IMG/VR virus record: IMGVR_UViG_3300027801_000061
Coordinates: 1-39,139 of that record
Origin: a virus
Taxonomy: Duplodnaviria > Caudoviricetes
Reading direction: 5' to 3' (one strand)
DNA: 39,139 bases
In this document: piece by piece, positions 1 to 8,567 of the stretch
Layout: each line of letters starts with the position of its first letter
How positions within the stretch are numbered: the stretch's first letter is position 1
Notes under the pieces: model-generated
Database searches by the model: none
What the model saw: only the letters and a program-made list of their open reading frames with translations
What the model was told of the DNA's origin: nothing
Made by a program: the position numbers and the translations under genes

Positions 1-9
1 CAGAGCGAA

Positions 10-480
10 TCAGTTCTTGACGGTACCTTTCGCCACGCGCATGCCTGCAGTCTTAAGCGTACCGACGCACAGTTTCACGCGGTCCGCGTCACCTGTCGCT
101 ACACAGAGGTCGTGCCAGATCTGCGCGTTGTTTGTGTTTGTGTGCTTACTGAACCGCGTCTTAGCTATCCCTGCCTGCTGTGCAGGCGTACGCGGTCCAC
201 GCGGACGCTTTACGGTCGCCTTAGGTGCAGGTGGCGTCTTCCCACCGCGGCTCTTACGTTCTGCAGTACCGTTGCCTTTCGGCGCAATCGTGAACGTAGG
301 CGCGGGATCCTCTGCAGGTTCCACGATCGTCACGGGCGTCACGGGCGTCACGGGCGCCACGGGCGCCACGGTCGGCACGGTCGGCGCAATCGCAGGAGTC
401 TGCAGTGCATAGCCTGCAGCAACAAGCATTGTCGCTAGGTCTGCGAGCTTAATAGTTACGGTGTCTTGTGTGTTCGTCAT
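10..480 (-). CDS. First early protein, Pro/Thr/Val-rich linker and basic C-terminal half (156 aa, MTNTQDT...)
   Basis: SD TAAGGA and ACACA before ATG at 480. Differences between the two terminal copies are almost all at third codon positions in this frame. Confidence 0.8.
   Translation of the reverse strand: MTNTQDTVTIKLADLATMLVAAGYALQTPAIAPTVPTVAPVAPVTPVTPVTIVEPAEDPAPTFTIAPKGNGTAERKSRGGKTPPAPKATVKRPRGPRTPAQQAGIAKTRFSKHTNTNNAQIWHDLCVATGDADRVKLCVGTLKTAGMRVAKGTVKN
322..384. repeat. 9-bp tandem repeat, 7 imperfect units (cacgggcgt-like), encoding PTV/APV/TPV
   Basis: cacgatcgt cacgggcgt cacgggcgt cacgggcgc cacgggcgc cacggtcgg cacggtcgg. Confidence 0.9.
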
Positions 481-533
481 TGTGTGTTCATCCTTATGTG
501 TAGTGGAACGCATGCGCCCCTATGTAAGACACC

Positions 534-562
534 ATGGTACCACGGTTCACCATTACCGTCAC
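534..562 (-). promoter_or_regulatory. Putative housekeeping-sigma early promoter
   Basis: Minus strand GTGACG-N17-TACCAT with extended -10 TG, upstream of the first early gene. Confidence 0.6.
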
Positions 563-741
563 CTGTCCTATGTTTGTATGGGGAAAGTCGGGGTCGACGT
601 TAAACCATTACCCTAGCGGCATGCGTCTTTCCATGGTATTTCACGATATACCACGCTACAGAGGCACCCGATCACGCTACAGGGAGGGAAGAAGGCTACA
701 GAGACGACAGACCTACAGACGCAACGCCCACAGACCTCGAT

Positions 742-785
742 GGGGGGGTATAGGGGGGGGCGGGGGTGCGCGCGTGTGTATATAT
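742..785. other. G-tracts followed by a 20-bp alternating purine/pyrimidine run
   Basis: gggggggtataggggggggcggggg then gtgcgcgcgtgtgtatatat, in the divergent non-coding region. Confidence 0.7.
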
Positions 786-1040
786 TACCTTGGATCTGCA
801 GATTGTTTCTGATTCCCCGAATGCTTGTCCGTTTCGTTGTCCGCTGCGCGTATGTTAGTGGTCGTTAACATGAACGCTGTCCATGTGATATTAGCTTCTC
901 GCTTTGCAGCGGGGCCGCCCGAGCGGACCCGCACCAGCGCAGGCTCGCTTAGAGTGTGTATGGCCCTCCTTTCCATGGCTGGACTGTAGTAGCCGCTCTG
1001 GCATTCGTGGCCCCTGAGGGGGGCCACTCATTAAAGCATT

Positions 1041-1114
1041 GGGTGTGAAGGTTGGCTTCGCTGCTCCTCCTACTGGGGGTGCGGGACACGGGGGTTCGAT
1101 TCCCCCCACATCCA
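1041..1114 (+). ncRNA. tRNA-like RNA resembling the tmRNA tRNA-like domain, without an mRNA-like domain
   Basis: Acceptor GGGTGTG/CACATCC with G3.U70 and discriminator A; T-arm GGGGG-TTCGATT-CCCCC; stemless D-loop AAGGTTGGCTTCG; single hairpin CTGCTCCTCC-TACT-GGGGGTGCGG; GAC(AC) before the T-arm. Confidence 0.6.
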
Positions 1115-1194
1115 CTAACTAGACTTAGCTAGACCTAGCTAAACCTAACGCTAGGCACCTAGCGTTTGCCTAGCATCACCTAGGATTACCTAGC
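1115..1194. repeat. Array of eight CTAG / CCTAG motifs upstream of terS
   Basis: CTAG at 1119, 1129, 1135, 1151, 1159, 1170, 1180 and 1190. Confidence 0.8.
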
Positions 1195-1223
1195 GGAGGG
1201 GCGTCTACGACCCCCGACGCTGT

Positions 1224-1234
1224 ACGCTGTCCAC
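1224..1234 (+). promoter_or_regulatory. Putative late promoter motif (ACGCTGTCCAC)
   Basis: Same motif recurs at 3319, 5848, 15753 and 24866, each in an intergenic position before late genes. Confidence 0.5.
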
Positions 1235-1237
1235 GGT

Positions 1238-1717
1238 ATGGACATGGAAGCTGGAGAGACGCCATCTGATTATCATTGGTCTTACAATTCGGACGTTGGT
1301 GAGGAGGAGCCTCCTCCGATTGTGCTGACGTATCTGGAAAATTTGACTTCTTTGGAACACGACCGCCTGTCTGATAAGGCGTGGGCTGCCGAGAACGGGA
1401 TCGCTGATCGGACGTTGCGGCGTTGGAAGAAAGATGAGCGGTTTCGGAAGTTGTGGACGAAGATGGCTGATAGTTCGGTGTTGGGGCCTGACGCTATTTC
1501 GCCGATTTATCATGCGGCGTTGAAAATTGCTGCTGATCCTGATCATCCGAAGTGGGATGCTGCGTCGAAAATGATTTTGTCGTTGGCTGACAAGGTGCGG
1601 CCTCCGACTTTGCAGATCAATGTGACTGCTGAGGATCGGTTTACTAACATGTCTGATGATCAGCTCCAGACGTATTTGTCTAAGGGCAAGGATGTGTTGG
1701 AGATCGGTCCGACGTGA
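1238..1717 (+). CDS. terS: Terminase small subunit (HTH); start may be 1244
   Basis: HTH-like AAENGIADRTLRRWKKDERF; overlaps the terL start (GTGA). Confidence 0.75.
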   Translation: MDMEAGETPSDYHWSYNSDVGEEEPPPIVLTYLENLTSLEHDRLSDKAWAAENGIADRTLRRWKKDERFRKLWTKMADSSVLGPDAISPIYHAALKIAADPDHPKWDAASKMILSLADKVRPPTLQINVTAEDRFTNMSDDQLQTYLSKGKDVLEIGPT

Positions 1718-3303
1718 GCTTGGGCAATGATCATGCTGAGCTTGCTCGTAGGGAGGCTGCCTGGCGTCGTGGCGCTGCGGACCCGCATTGGGTAGCTGAG
1801 CAGTGCTGGATGATTCAGCATCCCAAGGGTGAGCGTCTGTTTACTCTTAGGACTTCTCAGTCGACGGCTCTTCAGCGTTGGTTGGATGGCGAGAACAGCA
1901 TCACTCTTAAGGCCCGTCAGATTGGCTGGTCGACGTTGGTGGCGTTCTACGTTTTTTGGTTGGCGTTTTGGTTTCCGAATACCCGAATCATGTTGCTCTC
2001 TAAGGGTGAGCGTGAGGCTCAGGAGTTGTTGGGCAAAGTCAAGTTTGGGTTGGATCGGATCCCTGGCTGGCTCAGGGTTCGTGGCCCGAGGGTTCGTACC
2101 AGCAATTTGACAAGGATTGAGTTGTCGAATGGTTCTGAGATTTTGTCGTTGCCGTCAGGCAACAACCCTGCCCGTGGTTTCACGGGCCGTTTGATCGTTG
2201 TTGATGAGTTTGCGTTCTTGGAGAACGCAAGCGAGGCGTGGGCTTCGATCGAGCCGACCGCCGATATTGGCGGTCAGCTCATCCTTCTCAGCACAGCTAA
2301 CGGGTCTGGTAACAAGTTTGAAGACTTGTGGGTGCGAGCTGAGACAGGCAAATCTGTGTTCAAGCCGATGTTCTACGGTTGGGACTCGGTATACGAGCGC
2401 GATGACGAGTGGTATAAGCAGAAGCAGTTTGATCTGCCTGAGTGGCAGCTTCATCAGGAATATCCGTCAAACCCGACTCAGGCGTTTATTCGTTCAGGGA
2501 TGATGGTGTTTAATGCTGAGCTGTTGGAAGAGTTGAACGCTGGCGCGAAAGAACCGTTGTTGACGTTGAACCTTGAGGGGCCAGGGCCAGATTTCCCTCG
2601 GACGTTCACGCCAGTGGAAAATATTGCTTCAAGCTCGTTTGTTCATGTTTGGGAAGAACCGCAGGAAAACCAGGCGTACGTAATTGGTGCTGATGTCGCT
2701 GAAGGCTTGGCACATGGCGACTACAGCACAGCGCACGTTGTGACAGTCGGCGAAGAACCTCGGATCGTGGCCGAATGGCACGGCCATATCGAGGCCGACT
2801 TGTTTGGCTATGAGTTGTTCAAGTTGGGAACGTGGTACAACTCGGCACTCATATTGCCTGAGGTCAACAACCACGGGTTGACGACTGTGACGGAACTACG
2901 GAAACTCGGATATCGGCGAATTTGGCGGCGGATGAGTCTGAACTCTGTTACCCGAAAACGGACGATGGAGTGGGGTTGGAAAACGACCCGAGTCACTAAG
3001 CCGCTAATGATCGACGGTTTGCATCAGTGGATGAGAATACGACGTTCAGATGGGATCCCGTCTGTTGCCACATGCGCCGAACTCTCACGGTTTACACGCA
3101 ACCATCGAGGCCAAATGTCTGGCTCGCCTCACGATGACCGTGTCATCTCTCTCGCTCTGGCAGTTCACGCTCTGGATTTTGCGTGGAACCCCGAATATCA
3201 AGAAGAAGTAGAGATGCCATACGGCTCGATGGGCTGGTACGAAGAGCAGGTACAAAAAATGGACAACGAACACGACGTTGAAGATGGATGGCTCATAGGC
3301 TAA
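1714..3303 (+). CDS. terL: Terminase large subunit
   Basis: Walker A LKARQIGWST, Walker B IVVDEFAF, motif III LSTANG, nuclease IGADVAEG and HDDRVISLAL. Confidence 0.97.
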   Translation: MSLGNDHAELARREAAWRRGAADPHWVAEQCWMIQHPKGERLFTLRTSQSTALQRWLDGENSITLKARQIGWSTLVAFYVFWLAFWFPNTRIMLLSKGEREAQELLGKVKFGLDRIPGWLRVRGPRVRTSNLTRIELSNGSEILSLPSGNNPARGFTGRLIVVDEFAFLENASEAWASIEPTADIGGQLILLSTANGSGNKFEDLWVRAETGKSVFKPMFYGWDSVYERDDEWYKQKQFDLPEWQLHQEYPSNPTQAFIRSGMMVFNAELLEELNAGAKEPLLTLNLEGPGPDFPRTFTPVENIASSSFVHVWEEPQENQAYVIGADVAEGLAHGDYSTAHVVTVGEEPRIVAEWHGHIEADLFGYELFKLGTWYNSALILPEVNNHGLTTVTELRKLGYRRIWRRMSLNSVTRKRTMEWGWKTTRVTKPLMIDGLHQWMRIRRSDGIPSVATCAELSRFTRNHRGQMSGSPHDDRVISLALAVHALDFAWNPEYQEEVEMPYGSMGWYEEQVQKMDNEHDVEDGWLIG

Positions 3304-3318
3304 ACCTGTAGGAGCCGA

Positions 3319-3329
3319 ACACTGTCCAC
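3319..3329 (+). promoter_or_regulatory. Putative late promoter motif (ACACTGTCCAC)
   Basis: Member of the recurring intergenic motif. Confidence 0.45.
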
Positions 3330-3369
3330 TAGAGGCTTGAACGCATTCTTTTCTTGATTGGAAGTTCAA

Positions 3370-3612
3370 ATGGGTCCAGACAAACTTGAGTACGACAGCA
3401 CTGGTGCTGGTGAACTTGTGAAGTCTCACAGCGGTGAAATCATGGGCGGCTTTGCGTCGCCTGGGGGCGGTTCAACCCTCCCCCCGTCGGCTTCTGGCGA
3501 CGTTGTCGCCCCTGGTAGCCAACACGCTGGTTCTGACGTACGCACCATCACTGGCGCAAGCGGCGGGGCCATCGGTGGTTTCGCTTCTCCTGGCGGCAGC
3601 CAGGAAGTCTGA
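3370..3612 (+). CDS. Gly/Ser-rich hypothetical protein with two GGFASPGG repeats
   Basis: Fills the gap in the late operon; GGAAG before ATG 3370. Confidence 0.7.
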   Translation: MGPDKLEYDSTGAGELVKSHSGEIMGGFASPGGGSTLPPSASGDVVAPGSQHAGSDVRTITGASGGAIGGFASPGGSQEV

Positions 3613-3624
3613 TACGTTTGCCTA

Positions 3625-3969
3625 ATGGGCATCCGTACCGCAAGCGCTGAAGAACCAATCCCGACAGAATGGGATTTGTCTTACGAGCCGTGCCCTTGTG
3701 GGGGCACGGCCCAACGCTTTTTTCATGAGACAAGAACGTTTTACCCCGTGCCATGCGAAGGCGAAGCCACAGGGCGGCGCGTTTCGTGGGAATGCAAGAT
3801 GAAACACCACCATAAAGAATTTGCCCAGGGCCGTGACCCTGTGGGCAAGGGTGGAACCCCGTTCCGTGTCTCAGCCGCTGAAGGCTGGACGCAATTTGGG
3901 GCGATGAAAGAGTCACAGGATTTCGCTCGTTCTGAAGGTACCGATCTTCAGCGCTCTTCCCGTTCGTAG
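3625..3969 (+). CDS. Hypothetical Cys/His protein, possible zinc ribbon
   Basis: CPCGG plus further Cys/His residues; lies immediately before the portal. Confidence 0.65.
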   Translation: MGIRTASAEEPIPTEWDLSYEPCPCGGTAQRFFHETRTFYPVPCEGEATGRRVSWECKMKHHHKEFAQGRDPVGKGGTPFRVSAAEGWTQFGAMKESQDFARSEGTDLQRSSRS

Positions 3970-3977
3970 GAGAAACC

Positions 3978-5834
3978 ATGCCTGTATTCGGGCGGAAACC
4001 AGTACATAGGCCACAGGCAGAGCTTTTGTCCTACTACGGGGGAGAGCTTGAACGTTCTCGTGCGTGGCGGGAAGCCGAGGGTTACGACGCTCTGTGGACT
4101 GACATGATCAACATCTACAAGGGTGATTCGATCATTCCTAGCGGCAGTTCTGCTGATGATCGCATAGCGATCAATCAGGCGTTCTCAACGATCAATGTCA
4201 TTTATCCTGCAATTTCGGTTTCTCGACCAGAAATTACAGTCCAAGCCAATCGGTCTGACATGGAAACCCGTGCCGTGTTTGTTCAGGCGATGGTTAACCA
4301 CCAGTGGGAGCGTTACCGCTTTCAGGAGCCGTTCCGTCGAGCCGTTAAAGATTCGCTGCTTGTGGGCCATGGCTGGTGCAAGATGCTTTGGTCTTATGAA
4401 GAGACTGAGAAAGATCTAACCGAAGAAGAGTTCGCTGCTCGGTTCCAGTCGGCTTTGCAAAACGAAACTGCTATAGCTGCTGAAGAAGAACGTGAAATGG
4501 TCACGGACACAGAGTTAGCCAAGCAGATTATGGCGCAATCGAAGCAAACGCTGGTTGACCGTCCCGTCATGGAACGCATTTCTGTTCACGACATGTTTGT
4601 CAACCCTGAAGCTACGTCGTTGGAAGATGCCCGTTGGATCGCTCAGCGGGTCGTGCGCCATATCGAAGACGTTCACAATGACCCTGCGTATTCGAAGAAA
4701 GCACGAGAATCTGTTCAAGCAGGACTTCTACTCTCCAATTCGCAGAACAAGACGGCAGAAGAAAGCTACAAGTCCAAGGAACTAGTCGAAGTTTTCGAAT
4801 TCTATGACTTGCATCGCAAAACGATGTCGACCTTTGCTACGGGTGCCCGAGAGTACCTGATTCGTCCTCGGGCAATGCCGTACGCTTTCGGTCACCCGTT
4901 CGAACAGCTCCGTAACTACGAGATCCCTGACCATTTCTATCCGATGGGCGATCTTGAATCGATCGCTCCTCTGATCAAGGAACTATCTAAGACCCGTTCC
5001 GAGATGATGAACCATCGTGCCCGTTACGCACGTAAATACATTGCACGCAAGTCGGCGATCAACAAAGCTGACCTGTCGAAGATCGCATCAAAACGTGACG
5101 GCGAAGTCATCTTCATCGAAGATGACAACGTCCCACTAAACGACGTTATTCAGCCTGTGAATCAGGTTGCGATGGACCCTGGCCTGTACAACTGGTCGCA
5201 GTTGATATCACAAGATATTGAAGACATTTCGGGAGTTTCCGAATTTATGCGCGGCGGAGGCGGCCAAATCCGCCGTACCGCCACAGAAGCATCCCTGATG
5301 CAAGACGCTGCGAACGTGCGAACCGCTGAGAAACTGGACCGTGTCGAAACGTTCATCGCTCAGCTCGCTACTAAACTCCTCCAGATCAATCAGCAATACG
5401 TGACGGGGGAACAGGTCGCTAAGATCGTTGGCCGAGACGGTGCATCTTTGTGGGTGCCGTACACCCGTGAAGACATCAAAGGCCAGTACGACTTCCGTGT
5501 CGAGGGCGGCTCGACCGTTCCGAAGAACGAAACGTTCCGACGCCAATCGGCGCTCGGAATGTTGCAGGCAATGGCCCCGTTCATTGAAACTGGCCAAATT
5601 AACACTCAGGAACTGATGCGTGTCGTTCTGCGTGACGGCTTCAACATCAAGAACCCTGAGAAGTTCCTGCAACAGCCACAACAGCAAGACCCGATGGCTC
5701 AACAGGGCGGAATGCCTGGCCAAGGGCAGCAAGCCGCACTAGGCGGCGGTGGCGGTGGTAGCGGGGCTGACGCCCCGCAGCTAGAACCAGCTCAGCAAGC
5801 AGAAGCTGACGCCGCCTCACAATTAGGAATATAA
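3978..5834 (+). CDS. Portal protein (podovirus / P22-like)
   Basis: 618 aa after terL; DSLLVGHGW, IEDISGVSEFMRG...RTATEA and YDFRVEGGST motifs; Gln-rich tail; SD AGGAG. Confidence 0.92.
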   Translation: MPVFGRKPVHRPQAELLSYYGGELERSRAWREAEGYDALWTDMINIYKGDSIIPSGSSADDRIAINQAFSTINVIYPAISVSRPEITVQANRSDMETRAVFVQAMVNHQWERYRFQEPFRRAVKDSLLVGHGWCKMLWSYEETEKDLTEEEFAARFQSALQNETAIAAEEEREMVTDTELAKQIMAQSKQTLVDRPVMERISVHDMFVNPEATSLEDARWIAQRVVRHIEDVHNDPAYSKKARESVQAGLLLSNSQNKTAEESYKSKELVEVFEFYDLHRKTMSTFATGAREYLIRPRAMPYAFGHPFEQLRNYEIPDHFYPMGDLESIAPLIKELSKTRSEMMNHRARYARKYIARKSAINKADLSKIASKRDGEVIFIEDDNVPLNDVIQPVNQVAMDPGLYNWSQLISQDIEDISGVSEFMRGGGGQIRRTATEASLMQDAANVRTAEKLDRVETFIAQLATKLLQINQQYVTGEQVAKIVGRDGASLWVPYTREDIKGQYDFRVEGGSTVPKNETFRRQSALGMLQAMAPFIETGQINTQELMRVVLRDGFNIKNPEKFLQQPQQQDPMAQQGGMPGQGQQAALGGGGGGSGADAPQLEPAQQAEADAASQLGI

Positions 5835-5847
5835 AACCACTTCCTGC

Positions 5848-5858
5848 ACGCCGTCTAC
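5848..5858 (+). promoter_or_regulatory. Putative late promoter motif (ACGCCGTCTAC)
   Basis: Identical 11-mer also at 15753-15763. Confidence 0.55.
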
Positions 5859-5906
5859 CCATAATGTAGGAGCAACCCAATATTTGGGACTCTTAAGGAG
5901 CAATCC

Positions 5907-6710
5907 GTGAATCAGACCGAAAGTGGACTCCAAAGTGGAGCACCCGCCACAAGTCAGCAGCAGCAGAATTCAGAAATCCCCTTACCTGACGGTACGGTGA
6001 TTAGTCTGGAAGAAGCGGCACAAGGCTATATGCGTCAAAGGGATTACACCCAGAAAACGCAGGACTTAGCCAACCAGCGTCGCATCGCCCAAAGAGGAGT
6101 TGATCTTCTTCAGGCGCTCGATACCGATCCCAAAGCAACCGTTGATCTGATTGCAGAGACTTACAAAGTTCATGTTTCGCAGGCGTCAGCGCCTGCGACA
6201 GCTACGAACGAGTGGGGCGAAACAATCGAGTCTTCTACGCAGGACACCGCAGAGGTGGCTGCTTTGAAGTCTGAGGTTCAGCAACTTCGGGGGACTGTCG
6301 GGAATGTGGCACAACAGCAGCAGCGTTCTGTTTTGATGAACGAAATCGCTGAGGTTCAAGCTCGTTATGGTGATTTTGATCAGGATGTTATTCTTCGGCA
6401 CATGCAGGCGAATGATATTCCAACGGTCGAGATGGCTTATCGGGATTTGAACTGGGCGTCTGCACAGGAAGCGGTGTCTACACAGCGCGATCTTGAGCAG
6501 GAGCAACAGCGGGTTCTGGATGAGAAACGTGGAATGCAGGGTGTTGTGGCAGCGGGCGCTGGAATCCCTGGAATGAATACTGACACTGGTCCGAAAGAAT
6601 ACAGTGCCTCGTCCCAGGGTTCATGGCGAGATTCTCTCGCCGAGGCTTTCCGAGATTCGATGTCCGAACGTGGTTTTTCGAATGTTGGAGATCCTTTGCT
6701 GAACGGCTGA
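5907..6710 (+). CDS. Capsid scaffolding protein
   Basis: ISLEEAAQGYMRQRDYTQKTQDLA scaffold-type motif, coiled coil, between portal and capsid; SD TAAGGAG. Confidence 0.85.
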   Translation: MNQTESGLQSGAPATSQQQQNSEIPLPDGTVISLEEAAQGYMRQRDYTQKTQDLANQRRIAQRGVDLLQALDTDPKATVDLIAETYKVHVSQASAPATATNEWGETIESSTQDTAEVAALKSEVQQLRGTVGNVAQQQQRSVLMNEIAEVQARYGDFDQDVILRHMQANDIPTVEMAYRDLNWASAQEAVSTQRDLEQEQQRVLDEKRGMQGVVAAGAGIPGMNTDTGPKEYSASSQGSWRDSLAEAFRDSMSERGFSNVGDPLLNG

Positions 6711-6752
6711 CGTTTGGCTGATCCCATCCCATCTACTCCTTAGGAGTCAATC

Positions 6753-7769
6753 ATGGCTTTCGGTTACAAAGACACCGATGCTAACTGGTCAGATATTCTG
6801 ACCACGACCTTTGCGAAGGTCACCCCACAATTCATCGATCAGGTCTTCCAGGCCCGTCCTCTCGCTTATTTCTTGGCGCAGGCTGGTCAGGTCATCCAGA
6901 TCGATGGTGGCGCACGTATCCAAGAGGCTCTTATCGGCCTTGACAACGCGGCTAACACCATCACCTACACGGGTGCTGGCACTATTGCCAATACCGCTCA
7001 GGAAGAAGTCACTTCGGCGATTTACGATTGGAAGCAGCTTGCTTCTACCGTGTCGATCACTGGTCTTGAAGAGGCTCAGAACAGCGGCGAAGCTGCGTTC
7101 CTTGATCTTCTCAACACGAAGATCGAGATTGCCCGTGAGTCTGTTGTTCAGAAGATGAACAGCATGTTCTGGGGTGCCTCGCCTGCTGGAACCGATTTCC
7201 ACGGCCTTACCCTTCTGGTTAAGGACGCTACCTCTACTGTCGGTGGCATCACTCCTGGTGATTCCCCCGACGATTACTGGTGGAGGTCTGCGGTTCACAA
7301 CGCTGCTCAGGTAGCTGAGGCAACTACGGCTGGCGTTTCTGGCTTCGGTCACACCGTGGCTGCGGTCCTTGACCGTGAAATGATGACGAACGTCTTCAAC
7401 GATGCTTCTGTGGGTGGCGACACTCCGCAGTTCATCATCACCACTCAGGAACTACACGAGCATTACGAGTCACTTCTGCAGGCGAACATGCGTCACACCG
7501 ACGCTAAGCTCGCAGACGCTGGCTTCCAGGCTTTGGAGTTCAAGGGCCGTCCCGTCGTATTCGATGATGACTGTCCCACTGGTGAGATGTACTTCATCAA
7601 CCCGAAGTACCTGCGCCTCAAGGTCCACAAGGACCGCTTCTTCAAGGCTGGACCCTTCATCCAGCCGACCAATGCGGATACCCGCACCATGAAGATGCTG
7701 ACCTACGGCAACCTCACGATCAACTCCCGTCGTCACCAGGGAATGATCTACGGCCTCACCACTGCCTAA
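6753..7769 (+). CDS. Major capsid protein (podovirus-type, HK97 fold)
   Basis: YDWKQLASTVSITGLEEAQNSGE and GFQALEFKGRPVVFDDDCP...YFIN motifs; size and position; SD TAGGAG. Confidence 0.93.
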   Translation: MAFGYKDTDANWSDILTTTFAKVTPQFIDQVFQARPLAYFLAQAGQVIQIDGGARIQEALIGLDNAANTITYTGAGTIANTAQEEVTSAIYDWKQLASTVSITGLEEAQNSGEAAFLDLLNTKIEIARESVVQKMNSMFWGASPAGTDFHGLTLLVKDATSTVGGITPGDSPDDYWWRSAVHNAAQVAEATTAGVSGFGHTVAAVLDREMMTNVFNDASVGGDTPQFIITTQELHEHYESLLQANMRHTDAKLADAGFQALEFKGRPVVFDDDCPTGEMYFINPKYLRLKVHKDRFFKAGPFIQPTNADTRTMKMLTYGNLTINSRRHQGMIYGLTTA

Positions 7770-7789
7770 TCCAGGGCGAATGGTTTGAG

Positions 7790-7825
7790 TGGAGCGGGCC
7801 AGATCTTAGAATCTGGCCCGCTCCA
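7790..7825 (+). terminator. Perfect 15-bp stem-loop after the capsid gene (terminator or mRNA stabiliser, no U tract)
   Basis: tggagcgggccagat-cttaga-atctggcccgctcca. Confidence 0.75.
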
Positions 7826-7857
7826 AGGACGAACGTGACGAACGTTGGGAGAGGTCT

Positions 7858-8562
7858 GTGGCATACAATCTTGCAAGCTTCCGTGAACTTATACGGGCAA
7901 CGTTGGACTTGGATGCCACGGATCTCCCTGACATTCTTGTAGACGATTGGATTCGTGACGGCGCTACTCGTGCCCAAACACGTCGCCAGCAATGGCCGTT
8001 CTATGAGAAAGACTGGACGTTTAACGCTGTTGACGGCCAGGGCACGTACACGTTGTCGGCCATTCAGGCCGATAGCGGAAGTACCGATGCGATAGCTGAG
8101 ATCCGTCAGATCCGTGGTCCTAGTTCGGAGCTGCGATGGCAGGACATCACAACGCACGACAAAACGAACCCTCGGGGTTCTGTTTCTAGCGGCACTCCCA
8201 GGTTCTGGTCGCAGTGGAACAACAGCGATGTGATCTTGGATCCTGTGCCCAGCAATTCGACTGATACGTTCATTGTGCGTGGTTACGCTAAGCGTGCCGA
8301 TTGGGTTTCGAATGGGGCTGCTGCCCTGTCAGATATGCCTGTCGAGTTTGATAACACGATCCTGAATTGGGCTATCGGTAAAGCGCACGCTCAGCAGGGC
8401 GACCCTGCTTCGGCGTTGCATTATGCCGACATGTCTGATCTTCGGTTGCGGGAACTTGTCAGATACTACGACGATCCTTCTCCCAGCCACGAAGTCACTT
8501 TCGGCGGCAATTACAACCGTCAAGTAGGCGGGCTGTCGGATCCTCGCTTCTCGTGGGAGTGA
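7858..8562 (+). CDS. Head-tail adaptor (tail tubular A-like)
   Basis: Position after capsid; WPFYE, GTPRFW, LDPVP and DMPVEFDNTILNWA pattern typical of podovirus adaptors. Confidence 0.78.
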   Translation: MAYNLASFRELIRATLDLDATDLPDILVDDWIRDGATRAQTRRQQWPFYEKDWTFNAVDGQGTYTLSAIQADSGSTDAIAEIRQIRGPSSELRWQDITTHDKTNPRGSVSSGTPRFWSQWNNSDVILDPVPSNSTDTFIVRGYAKRADWVSNGAAALSDMPVEFDNTILNWAIGKAHAQQGDPASALHYADMSDLRLRELVRYYDDPSPSHEVTFGGNYNRQVGGLSDPRFSWE

Positions 8563-8567
8563 TCTGA

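Noticed and set aside
1041-1114. Canonical tRNA (e.g. Val-TAC) or an attP copy of the ssrA 3' end
   Set aside because: No U8, no proper D-stem and no 5-bp/7-nt anticodon arm. Both acceptor strands are present and no integrase is encoded, which argues against attP.
534-1115. ORFs 534-812, 785-1027 and 891-1115
   Set aside because: No SDs; they run across the promoter, G-tract and tRNA-like element, so the region is better explained as non-coding.
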